A DNA stretch of 64,000 nt from Octopus sinensis. Its lineage: Eukaryota. Both the position numbers and the translations under genes were made by a program. Below, one piece after another: positions 25,698-39,193 of this stretch. Below the pieces are notes generated by a model. That model had not been told where the DNA came from. It worked only from the letters and a program-made list of their open reading frames with translations, and did not search any database. The number at the start of each line of letters is the position of its first letter. Within the stretch, counting starts at the first letter, position 1. The stretch is from positions 61,070,001 through 61,134,000 of the forward strand of contig NC_043008.1 in NCBI RefSeq assembly GCF_006345805.1, in the 5' to 3' direction.

Positions 25698-25947
25698 ATA
25701 GATATATATATATATACATGTATATATGCATATATAGTCATACATATCCATATATATATACACACAGATGTATAGATATATATATACATACACACCTCTG
25801 TATATATCTATTAGTCTTTCTATCTATCTTTCTGTCTGTTTGTTAGTCTGTCCGTCAGTCTGTCTTCTCTTTCTGTCTGTATTTTTTCTGTCTGTCTGTC
25901 TGTCTCTCTCTATATATGTATGTTTGTGTATTCATGTATATATATAC

Positions 25948-25983
<36 letters not shown>

Positions 25984-26003
25984 ACATACACACAGACAAA
26001 TAG

Positions 26004-26124
<121 letters not shown>

Positions 26125-26799
26125 CAGACATATTTGTGCGCCACGTAATCCACGAAGTATACATAATTATCTCGGTGAGATATTACCCACCAAATGTTCT
26201 CAGCGGAGTTAAGAAATTCCTAGGGGCAAATGTTTTCGATAACAAGACATGAAATTCACCACAGGATGCAACATAATTAGTCTTAGCATATTATTTTTTT
26301 ACAGTCTGGCCTAGGATATTCTTGGTTTAATGCTGCCTCAAACATTTGCTCAAGGAGACTGATGTTCTTAGAAATCAAATTCACAAAATTATCCTTCTAC
26401 GTAGTATGGAAATGCATGTCATTAAGTGCCAGTTCTAATTAATTTTATCATTTGCATATGCCATTATGCAAGGCATATCAGACTCTAAGAGATCTGAATT
26501 ATGAAAAGCAGATTATGTTGATTACGTAAATTCGACAGAAAGCTGCTTAATAATTTTTTCATGGTCTATGCACATCTGGCTATATTTTGAGTACTTTAAT
26601 GAGAAACCTTCAGAATACTGGCATCCGTACTTATAAGAGAAACATGACATACAATTTACAAATAATTCACTGAATTGCTAACGCGTGTGCTTTTGTGATT
26701 GTTGGAATAGTATATGTCACCGTGATAAATACGGCCGGCGTCATAGTTTGCTGTCTTGGTAATCAACATCTATATTAGAAATACTAATAATGATAATCA

Positions 26800-28140
26800 C
26801 GTGCTGCCCCAGAGCATGCCTTAACAAACAATTTCATCATATACAGAATAGACACTATATCAGAATGTGATAAGTGCAGAAATTGTGAACAAAATTTTGA
26901 AACTGTATGGCATATAACAGACAATGTTTCGCACTAGCCCAGAAAGAATATGGACACTTTGCAACAAATATGAACTTTACAGAGCAAAAGATTGGTACGA
27001 ATATAAACCCAAGTCGTCACCTAAAATGTGCAGCAATGATCAGGCTGTAGGTGGTACGCTTCAAATCACCTCGCTCGAGCCATGCCCATGATACTGTATT
27101 ATCCTTAACGTCCTGTGAATTTCTTTCAAACTATTTATGCATTCTCATTTGAAGGTCTTCTCTCTCCGCCTCAAAAGTACTGTTTTCTGCAAGTGCTCCA
27201 CCCGTATTGCAGTCCCTAGCAGTTCCGTGTACTTCTCAAGATTTTTACTCACTGTTCCCAGAGCTCCGACAGTTATTGGTACTACCACTATCTTTTTCAG
27301 GGTGAAGATGGAGTTGAAATCCAACCTGAATACCAAAACTTTGATTACCGCAATGAACATCTATGCAGTCACAGTGGTGATATATTTTGTGTCCATCCTC
27401 AAATGTATTAAGGAGGTAATATCAACTGTGGATAGACGGACAAGAGAGTTGATGACACTGCATGGGGTGTTACACAATAAAGCAAACGTAAACAAACTAT
27501 ATATGAAAAGAAAGAATGGTGGCAGAGGACAAATTGGTATAGACCATTGTTAGTGCTTGTGAAGGTCCTGTTAAAAAAACTCTATAAGAGCAGACACGAC
27601 ACGTTAGCCCAAAACCTTCACGGGCTACTATGCCGGAAGTATGTATACGAGGTAACTTGGGCTTGGTACCAACATACACCGGAAAAAGTAATGGACGAAA
27701 AAGGGAAGGCAAAAATCCTCTGGGACTTTCACTTCCAGACAGAAACGTTTTTAGAGCACAGAAGACTGGATATAGTGATCTTTAGGATGGACAAAGAATG
27801 TCTAATAATCGATGTGGAAGTACCAGGAGATCAACATAGATTCATAAAAGAAAGAGAAAATATTGATAAATATGGAGACCAGAGAATTGAGGCCGCCAAT
27901 ATGTAGATCCTATGAGCGACAAACATATATATTGTGCCTATTGTCAACGGAGCAATGAGTTCAATACTACCCTTTCTGAAAAAAAAAAAAAAACATCTAG
28001 AAACATCAGAAATACCCTACATTCTAATGGTATCGCAAGCATCGGCATTACTTGGAACTGCATATTGCGTACAGTATTATCAGTCTGAGGTCCTTGTTGT
28101 GACTTGACAGACAGTACAAACCCCGGATATACAAAAAAAA
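26800..28140 (+). mobile_element. Old, scrambled R4-clade LINE fragments
   Basis: 26800-26965 (+): KCRNCEQNFETVWHI..LAQKEY zinc knuckle. 27160-27300 (-): VVPITVGALGTVSKNLEKY. 27301-27553 (+): LNTKTLITAMN..DRRTRELM..KLYMKRKNGGRG. 27580-28090 (+): RHD..ILWDF..RRLDIV..IIDVEVPGD restriction-like endonuclease. Confidence 0.8.
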
Positions 28141-28213
28141 TCTTCAATCAACAATATTACGATATTGGATAGTTTGCGGCGTCTTATATAGAAATAATAA
28201 TATAATAATAATA

Positions 28214-28248
<35 letters not shown>

Positions 28249-28263
28249 TAATAATAATAATAA

Positions 28264-31200
28264 GACCGGGGACGTTTAAAGACCGGGGACGTTTAAGAGA
28301 AGACACCGGGGACGTTTAAGATGTAAGAAGGAAAATACAGAGCTCCGAAATCTATCCACAAACATCGAAAAGAAGGACACCCTATGGAGCCAAAGATTTA
28401 CTAACAAAGAATTGGACTATATCCGAGTAAGTAATACGAATTGAAATTTATTACTATTTTCGAAACGAAATGATGTATTTTGACTCGATATTATCTCCAC
28501 CTCTAACACAACACATGTAAACATGCGTGGAACAACACGATCATCCCCGACCTCAAACACCATGTACAAAGGAACTACGAAGAAATTAAATGCCACCGAT
28601 ACTATTCAACCCAAGAATAACAATCGAGCGGTACGTACATTAAACCTACAACAAAAATGTACGAAAAACTACACGTGCGAAATAATGTGACAACAGAAAT
28701 AAACGGACCGGTACCCTACGAAAATGACGACCGTCAAAATAATGGGCCGGACGTTGTACCTCATGTCCCGCAATTAAAACCCAAAAGACGTAAATGGACA
28801 CGTGAGGAATACATTTCTATCTTACACGCATACTTCACAACAATGCTCTACCCACAAAATGAAAATACAACACATACATATAAAATATGGAAGGAAAATA
28901 ATAGAAATATAGACTTGGATACAGCAACGAACCCTAATAAATTAGCTAACGTACGAAGATACATTCTCAAAGTCAAAAAAATATCAGAAATAGAAATAGA
29001 ACATTTAAAAGAAAAAATACACCAGGAAAATGTAGATAGAAGCCACACAACAATGCCCAATAATATAAACACTGAAACTGTAAAACACGAAGACAAACGC
29101 AACATTCCCAACAAACACGATGTAAACAACGAAGGGGAGCCTAATGATTATGATAATATAAAAAGTAAAATAATCAAAGAGCTAAAAACCACAGAGCTCA
29201 AAATGGACCACCGACCATACCTCCCAAGAATCAAAATAAACGCAATAACAACACCAATTATAAACAACATAAACCTAGCCGTCACTGAACTAGCCACTGA
29301 AACAAAAAAAAGTGATATCACTGAACTAAATGACTTGATATACGCAGCAGCCACTGCAGCCACAAAAGAAGCTGGATACTCACCCAAACCCGCCCAAACA
29401 GGAGTACCACCACCCAAACAAACCCTGTGGATAAATAACATCCAAAACAAAATTTTAAAAAATTAGAAAAGACCTGTCGATTCTTAATGAAATCAGCAAA
29501 CAAGCAACGCTACTGAGCAACAAAAAGAGAACAAAAATGCTCCGCAAATATAACATCACAGAAAAAGATTTGCCGGAGATAAAAGAAAAGCTGAAGCAAG
29601 ATATCCTTGCCAAAGCTCAAAGGATCCGCCGGTACGAGAAACGCCAACGCTTCTTTGAACAGAACAAAAAGTTCAACTCCGACCCCAAAAAGTTCTACCA
29701 AGAACTGGGCAAAAATAAAATAGAAGTTACTGCAGCACCAACGGCAGAAGAATTGGAAGAATTCTGGAAAGAAATATGGTCGGCGAACAAACAGCCAAAA
29801 AAAAGGAGTATGAAAATAACAAACTCGGCATCTGAACAACTTTGGACCCCCATAACAACTGAAGAGGTCACCCAGGCACTGCAAAAACTAAGCAACTGGA
29901 AGGCACCTGGGCATGACAAGATCCCCAACTTCTGGTTGAAATATCTAACAGGAATGCACAAAAAGCTGGCTGAAAACTTTAACAGCATACTAGCAGAGCC
30001 AGAGACAATGCCTGAATGGCTCACGAATGGGAAAACCATCTTAATTCCCAAATCAAATGAAACAACAAAACCAGAAAACTACAGACCAATAACCTGCCTC
30101 CCTACTATGTTCAAGGCATTTACTGCAGTGATATCGCAAAGGCTGAACAATCACCTGGACGAAAACAAACTGTTCCCAGAAGAGCAGAAAGGATGCCACA
30201 AGGGCTCATATGGCTGTAAAGATCAACTAATGATTAATAAAGCCGTAACTGAAGACAGCCACAGAAAGAAGAAAGGCCTCAGTATGGCCTGGATTGACTA
30301 CAAAAAGGCGTTTGATAGCACCCCCCACACATGGATCCTCGAAACACTAGCCATTAACAAAGTAGCACAAACAATCATAAAATTCATAGAGCACTCTATG
30401 AATAAATGGCAAACAGACCTACACCTACAAACAAAAGAGGGACTCATGAAAACCAAAGACATCCCCATTAGAAGAGGAATATTCCAGGGAGACACGCTCT
30501 CTCCACTCCTTTTCTGCTTGGCACTGTCACCTCTATCTGATATGCTAAATAGAACTGGATGCGTATGTAAATGTTACGGCAAAACGATCAGCCACCTTTT
30601 ATATATGGATGACCTAAAACTATACGCTGCAAATGACAAACAGCTGGAAACACTATTAAAGACAGTTCATGGATTTACCAAAGAAATAGATATGAAATTT
30701 GGATTAGAAAAATGCGCCAAAGTAACCATGAAAAGAGGAAAACTAGTTAAGAGTAACAACATCACAATAGATAAAACCAATGAAATAAAAGAATTAGACC
30801 AAAGCCAAACTTACAAATACTTAGGAATCCATGAACTAGATAAGACACAACACACACAAATGAAAGAGAAAATAAAAAAAGAATATTATAGACGAGTTAG
30901 ATCAATACTAAATGCAGAGCTCAATGCTAAAAACAAGATAATAGGTATCAACACTTTAGCTGTCCCAGTTATAAGTTACAGCTACAATATCCTTAACTGG
31001 ACACGAAATGAACTGTCCAAAATAGATAGGAAAACAAGAAAAATACTGACAGGATCTAGGATGCATCTGCAAGTAACTGCAGAATATGTGGAGATGGACA
31101 AGAAACAATAAATCATATTATCTCTAGCTGCCCAGTCCTGGCTAAGAAGGAATATATTCACAGACATGAGAGAGTCGGAACCTACATACATTGGAAGCTA

Positions 31201-31741
31201 TGCCAACATTATGGAATAACAACAGAAAAAAGATGGTATAGGCACACATCAGAAAAGGTCACAGAAAACGAGAAAGCAACCATACTCTGGGATATGCCGA
31301 TACACACAGATAGAGAAATTAAGGCCAACAGACCAGATATAGTTGTCAGAGATCATGAAGAAAAAAAATGCTTTCTAATTGATGTATCAATACCGGCAGA
31401 TGACAACGTGTCTCTAAAAGAAATGGAGAAACTCTCAAAATACAAAGACCTGGAAATAGAGGTAACTAGAATGTGGAATCTGAAAACAGAAACAATTCCT
31501 ATCATAGTAGGTGCATTAGGCATGATAAAAAAATATTCAGACAAATACATAACAAAAACACCAGGACTTACAAACACATATAACATACAGAAAATTGCAC
31601 TACTAGGCACTGCACACATCCTACGCAGAACACTTTCCATACAATAACCATCAGAGCATCACAACAAATCACATCACATACCCAAGGCACACAGAGCTGC
31701 GCTCGGTAGTGAAGTCAAAGCACGCTATAAAAATAAAACTA

Positions 31742-31744
<3 letters not shown>
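28264..31744 (+). mobile_element. Young near-full-length R4-clade (Dong-type) non-LTR retrotransposon inserted in (TAA)n; defective
   Basis: (TAA)n on both sides (about 28193-28263 and 31745-31818). N-terminal RRKWTREE..LANVRRYI motif, RT, CCHC knuckle and RPD..D..K endonuclease. One frameshift at about 29460 and an internal deletion at about 31068. Confidence 0.9.
29537..31111 (+). CDS. R4/Dong reverse transcriptase domain
   Basis: WKAPGHDKI, NYRPITCL, EQKGC, WIDYKKAFDS, GIFQGDTLSPLLF, HLLYMDDLKL, KYLG. Confidence 0.9.
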   Translation: MLRKYNITEKDLPEIKEKLKQDILAKAQRIRRYEKRQRFFEQNKKFNSDPKKFYQELGKNKIEVTAAPTAEELEEFWKEIWSANKQPKKRSMKITNSASEQLWTPITTEEVTQALQKLSNWKAPGHDKIPNFWLKYLTGMHKKLAENFNSILAEPETMPEWLTNGKTILIPKSNETTKPENYRPITCLPTMFKAFTAVISQRLNNHLDENKLFPEEQKGCHKGSYGCKDQLMINKAVTEDSHRKKKGLSMAWIDYKKAFDSTPHTWILETLAINKVAQTIIKFIEHSMNKWQTDLHLQTKEGLMKTKDIPIRRGIFQGDTLSPLLFCLALSPLSDMLNRTGCVCKCYGKTISHLLYMDDLKLYAANDKQLETLLKTVHGFTKEIDMKFGLEKCAKVTMKRGKLVKSNNITIDKTNEIKELDQSQTYKYLGIHELDKTQHTQMKEKIKKEYYRRVRSILNAELNAKNKIIGINTLAVPVISYSYNILNWTRNELSKIDRKTRKILTGSRMHLQVTAEYVEMDKKQ

Positions 31745-31819
<75 letters not shown>

Positions 31820-32117
31820 GTGTTTGCGTGTGTGTGTGTGTGTGTGCAAGCACGCGTGCTCATGTTCACGTGTTCAAAGTAGCAAGCAATGGGACCATGG
31901 GATTAAGAAGCACACTTTTGTAACACATCCACGCCTGCGGCTAAACTCCAACGTGTGCGATTAGACTAAAAAAATATAGAACGCTTCACCATTGTGCAGG
32001 GGCAATGTTAATCCCTGTATCGTTCCAATTTTAGAGTATGTGTTGCCAAATCAATACACGCAAATACAAGGGTTCTTGGACTCACAAACACACATACACA
32101 GATACAGACAGGTATAT

Positions 32118-32610
32118 ATTTCATTACTACCCACAAGGGGCTAAACATAGAGGGGACAAACAAGGACAGACAAAGGGATTAAGTCGATTATATCGACCCC
32201 AGTGGGTAACTGGTACTTAATTTATCGACCCCGAAAGGATGAAAGGCAAAGTCGACCTCGGCGGAATTTGAACTCACAAGGTAACGACAGACGAAATACA
32301 GCTAAGCATTTCGCCCGGCGCGCTAAAGTTTCTGCCAGCTCGCCGCATTTTAGATACAGACAGGTATATATAATTAATCAGGCGGCGAGCTGGCAGAAAC
32401 GTTAGCACGCCGGGCGAAATGCATAGCCGTATTTCGTCCCTCGATACGTTCTGATTTCAAATTCCGCCGAGGTCGACTTTGCCTTTCATCCTTTCGGGGT
32501 CGATAAATTAAGTACCAGTTACGCACTGGGGTCGATGTAATCGACTTAATCCGTTTGTCTATCCTTGTTTGTCTCCTCTGTGTTTAGCCCCTTGTGGGTA
32601 GTAATGAAAT
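32118..32610. mobile_element. Head-to-head pair of OK-type SINEs (32118-32346 minus; 32381-32610 plus)
   Basis: Two ~230-bp copies in opposite orientation with a 34-bp spacer. TSDs AGATACAGACAGGTATATAT (32100-32119 / 32352-32371) and TATATATAATTAATC (32365-32379 / 32610-32624). Confidence 0.9.
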
Positions 32611-33276
32611 ATATATAATTAATCGTTTCGAGACAGGTTGCTATAATTCAATTAGTGTAACATTTTAGCATTATATTCTATGCTTTACTTAGACAATATT
32701 AAAGAATAACAAGTTGGCTTCATCATAACCTTGATTTTCAGAATGCAGGGTATTTAGTAAAATATTAAAAAAGTGGTTGAAAATTCTTGACTTTTTCCGA
32801 CACTAATGCAGAACGTGTGGAAAATATATTCTCTAAGGAAATGTGAAATTAATAACGTACTGATACAATGTACTGAAAGATAATTAAGTGCCGGATGGAT
32901 GCTGCCATATAGAGGAAGTAAGCCAATGGTGCTTTTTGTACCAAAGCTTACAAGAATAATCGAAAAGGCGAATATATGTATGTACATATATAATTTAAAA
33001 ATAGAATAACATCTTTATAAGAATTTATCAAGTAGTTAGCGCGAAAAACCTCATAGGAGAAAAAATCCACCGATTTTTTTCACTTAAAATATCTATTTAT
33101 ATTATATAAAGGGCATTACTACACATAAATGCCACACGCTTGGAGGAACTCTTAAAGTCAAAACTACCAAAATGTGTGTTTATTTACTTTGGTAATTTTG
33201 ACTTTAAGAGTCCCTCTTAGCGTGTGTTATTTATGTATAGTAATGCCCTCTATAATACACACACACACACACACAC

Positions 33277-33404
<128 letters not shown>

Positions 33405-33731
33405 AAATTTAGAGGAATGACCACTAATAGTGGACAGCCTGTATGCTAGAAATAGATGTCAAACTCGCCATTTACCACGAAGGATGTGTTCTCAGGAAAA
33501 AATTCAGCAAAAAACCAAAGTTTAAAAATAAGCAAGACAAATGAAAATATACAAAATAAAAAAACCATTACCTACGTACTAATTAGTTTCACTTGTTAAT
33601 ATTTACGTATATGGATACGTAAACATCTGCAAGATCGTCAGCGTAGTCTGTTGTTTACGAAATACAATTTCGTTTGGAATAATATTCCCTTATATTATTA
33701 TTATTATTATTTTATTATTATTATTATTATT

Positions 33732-35097
33732 CAGTAGTTTTATTTTTATAGCGTGCTTTGACTTCACTACCGAGCGCAGCTCTGTGTGCCTTGGGTATGT
33801 GCTCTGATTTGTTGTGATGCTCTGATGGTTATTGTATGGAAAGTGTTCTGCGTAGGATGTGTGCAGTGCCTAGTAGTGCAATTTTCTGTATGTTATATGT
33901 GTTTGTAAGTCCTGGTGTTTTTGTTATGTATTTGTCTGAATATTTTTTTATCATGCCTAATGCACCTACTATGATAGGAATTGTTTCTGTTTTCAGATTC
34001 CACATTCTAGTTACCTCTATTTCCAGGTCTTTGTATTTTGAGAGTTTCTCCATTTCTTTTAGAGACACGTTGTCATCAGCCGGTATTGAGACACGTTGTC
34101 ATCAGCCGGTATTGAAACATCAATTAGAAAGCATTTTTTTCATCATGATCTCTGACAACTATATCTGGTCTGTTGGCCTTAATTTCTGTATCTGTGTGTA
34201 TCGGCATATCCCAGAGTATGGTTGCTTTCTCGTTTTCTGTGACCTTTTCTGGTGTGTGCCTATACCATCTTTTTTCTGTTGTTATTCCATAATGTTGGCA
34301 TAGCTTCCAATGTATGTAGGTTCCAACTCTGTCATGTCTGTGAATATATTCCTTCTTAGCCAGGACTGGGCAGCTAGAGATAATATGATTTATTGTTTCT
34401 TGTCCATCTCCACATATTCTGCAATTACTTGTAATATTTCTTTTCATTACATGTTTTTGGTAATTTCTGGTGGGGAGGCCTTGGTCTTGTGCTGCAATTA
34501 AAAATCCCTCTGTTTCTGCTTTGAGTCCTGAACTTCTCAACCATTGCTGGGATTTTTCTTTGTCTATTTCTTTTGCGTTTCGTTTAGTGCAGTATTTACC
34601 ATGAAGGGGCTTTTCTTGCCATCGTTTTATCATAGTTCGTTGCTGTTCTATTTTTAGTTTGGATTTCATTTGTTTTATAGCTTTTGTTGTTTCTTCATCT
34701 TCTTCTTCTTCTTCATGTTTATTAGGTGGTATGATTTCTTGTTTGTATTTGTCAGCTTCCTTAAATACTGAGAACAGTTTTTTGTTTTGCTCGTGTTTTG
34801 CCGGTATCTGGATCAGTTTTCCTTCCTTCTGAAGTAGATATTTTTGCAGTCCTATGGTGGTTATTTTATAGTAGTTTTCCAGCTGTATAAGGCCTCTACC
34901 ACCTTCTATACGTTGTATATATAGTCTTTCTATGTCAGATTTTGGGTGATGCATCCTAGATCCTGTCATTATTTTTCTTGTTTTCCTATCTATTTTGGTC
35001 AGTTCATTTCGTGTCCAGTTAAGGATATTGTAGCTGTAACTTATAACTGGGACAGCTAAAGTGTTGATACCTATTATCTTGTTTTTAGCATTGAGCT
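33732..35097 (-). mobile_element. 5'-truncated second Dong-type copy inserted in a TAA tract
   Basis: Nearly identical to the 3' part of 28264-31744, with TTA arrays on both sides. ORF 34124-34969 has the HPKSDIERLY..GGRGL, CCHC and RPD motifs. A 26-bp tandem duplication at about 34062-34113 shifts the frame. Confidence 0.9.
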
Positions 35098-35098
35098 A

Positions 35099-35158
<60 letters not shown>

Positions 35159-36240
35159 GTTATTATTATTAGTATTATTATTATTAGTATTATTATTATT
35201 TTTATTATTATTATTATTAGTAGTAGTAGTAGTAGTATTTTTATTATTATCATATATACATACATACCCTAACAGATGCACAGACACGATGTATTGAAAA
35301 TTCTAACTGGGCCCCACCTGCAAGGTCATGCGCTGTTTATCTTGATATGAGATCACCATGTCACGCGCATATGGCTGCGATGCATGGTCTTGGTTTTTCC
35401 TTATCGGACGTGTAAACATGATGGGTATGCAGGGATTCGCATATTTTACCGCAGTGACACTGATGACATGCACTGATCACTCACTCAACAATAATACTAT
35501 AATTTATTTTGGCTACATATGTCAATGATTGACTGCAACAATGCTAGTGCACCACTTTGTATTATTTTTGGTCATGTGAGTCGATCCAAGTACTTCTTTA
35601 TTTGTAAATCAGGAACTTGTACTATCGGACATTTTTACCCAGATCACTATGTTATAAACAGTTACAAACACACACACTCACGTACCCGTACACGGAGTTA
35701 AAAATATACAGTATTAGATACATAAGCAAACAGATATATAGATAGTTAGGGACATGTATAGATAGAAAAAACTGTGAATTTCTTACGCCTAGAAGAGATA
35801 AATCGGTAAAATAAAAGAGAATTGGTAAAATGTATTTTCTACGTATGTATAACATTGTTACTTAATTTAATTTCCGTGTTAAATCTTAATGCGGTTATTT
35901 GCAAGCCATATTTGATCTTGATATAAAAGTGTCTGAATATTTCTAATATTTTAAAATGTCAGTGACGTGGTTGCTCTTGAGACTGCTACTCAAAAGAAGC
36001 GAATCACTTCTGGCTTTAAGTCTCTTGAGGAATCTATATTAATGAGTGAAGAACATACACACATTTCTATTGAATGCTTGACTTTTTTCCCCTTTTTTTT
36101 TCTAAGATAAAGTTTTAAAGTCATGAACAGCTCTGTTTCGTCTTCCCTTTGGACTCGTCAGCCTGACATAACTTGGGATCTGAAATTAATTCAGCGAAAT
36201 GCAATGAAGTAAAGAAAAATTATCCCCTTCCTTCTTTACC

Positions 36241-36311
36241 TATTATCTTCTTCTTCTTCTTCTTCTTCTTCTTCTTCTTCTTCTCTTCTTCTTCTTCTTC
36301 TTCTTCTTCTC

Positions 36312-36363
<52 letters not shown>

Positions 36364-36429
36364 TTCTTCGACTTCTTTTTATTATTATTATTATTATCAT
36401 TATTAATATTATTATTAATATTATTGTTA

Positions 36430-36478
<49 letters not shown>

Positions 36479-36535
36479 CATTATTATTATTATTATTGTT
36501 GTTGTTATTATTATTATTGTTGTTGTTGTCGTCGT
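36241..36535. repeat. Compound trinucleotide array (TTC)n-(TTA)n-(TTG)n
   Basis: Seen directly. Confidence 0.95.
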
Positions 36536-37224
36536 TACTAATATTGTCTTCAACCAACACTACTCCCTCCCCTCCGCTCCTACTCATCCCTTCCTCCTCC
36601 TACTCACCATCCCCATCTTTCCCCCTCCTACTCTTCCTTTTAACGGTCGAGGAAAGACATAGAAAGAAAAACTTCTTACATGCTGGTAAAGTACCTGTGC
36701 TATCAATTTTTAGCTATCAATTTTGTAACACCGATAGCAAACTTAGGACCCAATTACTTCATACATTGAAAGTGTTAACATTTTCTAATGACTAATAATT
36801 TATCTGTAAGAAGAAACAATGTGATATTCATTAATATGTAATCTGGGAAGTACAAATAAATTCAAACGTGGTTGAAGCGGTCTTATATGACGGTACGTAC
36901 GTCCTTATTTCTCGTCCTGTCCAAACCTCACACGTTCAGAATAAATTATTATTCCTAATTGAGCTAAAGTATTTTCCTGCATAAGAGTATGAATTATTTA
37001 TTTGTCTATGTCTCATTAATATTTACTTTCCGTGTATGTTTAATTAGTTACTTCGAACCTTTTACTCGCTTCATTTAATAAGATGTCATTAAAGCGACTG
37101 TTAGCAGTTGATGTATGTTAGAAACGATACCTGCTTCTGAGCTTTGGCAAACGCCAACAAATAACAATATCGCTTCAGTTATATCCATGTTTATGTTTGG
37201 TGCAGTAAATTTTGACAACATGCG

Positions 37225-37262
<38 letters not shown>

Positions 37263-37267
37263 CATAT

Positions 37268-37620
37268 ATATAGGGAGAGAATTCACGAACGAAACAAAAG
37301 ACGAACGCAGGTGGTGTAGAAAATAAACAGATGTATTAGTATAACGCTCGGGAATTGAAAAAAAAGTCTTTAACGTTTAGAGCCTACGCTCTTCTACAGA
37401 AAGGAACACAAAGAAATAGGGAGAGAAACAAGGAGAGAAAAAATGTGTGCAGTGGCTACCGATTTATCATGGCGAATGACGGACAGAAGGGTCACACAGG
37501 AGAGATAAGAAGTAGTGGAGATACCAAAGTAGTAGTGATCCCAAAACGAAGGTGCGTGTGTGTGTAAGAGAGTAAGTATGTGCGCGTGAAAGAGGGCTGG
37601 TGATCTTGACGTGTGCGTGG
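37268..37620 (-). mobile_element. Short (TA)n-anchored repeat with hammerhead-like motif (probable Penelope pseudo-LTR derivative)
   Basis: Family members at 39618-39822 and 52411-52640 share GGGAGAATT..GTATTAGTATAACGC..TTAACGTTTCGAGCCTACGCTCTT. Penelope origin is inferred. Confidence 0.6.
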
Positions 37621-38508
37621 TGGTGTGTTGTGATGTGATGTGTTGTGTGGTATGGTGTAGTGTGGTAGGGTGTGATGTGTTGGGAGGTGGGGAGGCAATA
37701 TATGTATATATAAATATAAATACACACACACATACACACACACATATATCTTACATCAGGATATGAATCTTAAGAGGCCCAATGCGGTTTGAATAAATTT
37801 GGAAGCCATTTCTAATAAGTAGGATGAAGTCATATAAATATATCTTTCTGGTCGCGAGGAAAGATAAGTTCTTGCTGTCCATAAGTGTACAATGAATGGA
37901 GCTATATATCATATGATCATTTCCCTTGGAACTTGTTGCTGCCGCGTAAAAGAAATTAGAAGACGCAGGCGTTAATATTGGTCTTATATGGGTTCAGGTA
38001 TATATAACTGTTATTTTTGACGGAAGACATGGATCATTCTTCTTGATTCGTATATAAGACATAAATCACTCTATTTCATTCAAACACAGACATACTCACA
38101 CACATGCACACGCATACACACACACACTCACAGACGCACACAACACGCTCACGCACAGCCATATTTCCCTCACATGATGATAACATAATTAAGAATGCTT
38201 ATTTTTGATATTTTTTTACTACCAAATTATATCTATTCAAAGAGATCTTAAATGTGTTCGTGTTGTGATCATCCCAGTTCCTCTGCTTGTATGACACTAT
38301 ATTTTATCGTTGTTAATATAATAGAATCTAACTTGGTGGGAAGAAAGCCGTTCTTAAATTGACTGATATAAATACCAGGCTAATTCATTGAATGATGATA
38401 TAAAAAGCACGACTCTGGCTCCGAAAAATGTCTTAAGTGGTAACCACAGAAATCCATATTCTAGAAATGTTTAATTTAATGGACTCCGGTTTTTGCTATT
38501 TTATCTAG

Positions 38509-38563
38509 CCGATTCACTTGGATTTATGTTTGTCCTACGAAATAAAAGTGGGTTACATCGAAG
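38509..38563 (+). CDS. Candidate 55-nt host exon, unidentified gene
   Basis: Pyrimidine tract plus TAG acceptor and a consensus AAG|GTAAGT donor. Two frames are open (PIHLDLCLSYEIKVGYIE or DSLGFMFVLRNKSGLHR). No homology recognised. Confidence 0.3.
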
Positions 38564-39193
38564 GTAAGTGACTTTACAATCATAACTACCAACACACGCG
38601 CTATATTTAAACTAGTGTAGTGTAACAAAAGAAAGGGTTTAAGGCCTTGATCATCCTTTCTTTTTGCGTATCTACGAGTAATACATTTAATACGACTCAC
38701 CTTTTATTTAAGATAGCCGTTATTTCTAATACGCCAATGGAGTACGTAGGTAATTATGTGTGCAATGGAGGTGAACTTGAAAGCGGTGGAGGCGGCTGTT
38801 GCAGGAGCAGAAACACAGTAATTATTTAGGCAATAATGGTAAATTTCAGCTTCTCATGGTAATATGTTGCCTTAATTGTCATTGATACACAGACGCACAC
38901 ACACACACACATACACACACACATACATACACACACACACTCACACACATTTTCTTTTGTTTGGAGAGAGTAATTCTCGTTTAGTGCTTTATTATTTAAA
39001 AAAATCACCGGTAAAGTTTCCACTCGTTTATTTATTTTTCCTAAAATTTTCGTTGCCTTCTTGAAACCTTTTCAATAAACGTGTATTAAAAATGTTGCAA
39101 GACAAAAGGAAAATTTTAGGAATAATAAATAGGTAAATGAGTGGAAATTTACCGGTGAGTGTGTTAAATAATAAGGCACTATAAGAGAATGGT

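Noticed and set aside
29454-29466. T-TTA-AAA slippery heptamer at the break between the two Dong ORFs
   Set aside because: It has the form of a -1 frameshift site, but the downstream ORF needs a +1 shift. One extra A in a homopolymer (mutation or sequencing error) explains the break.
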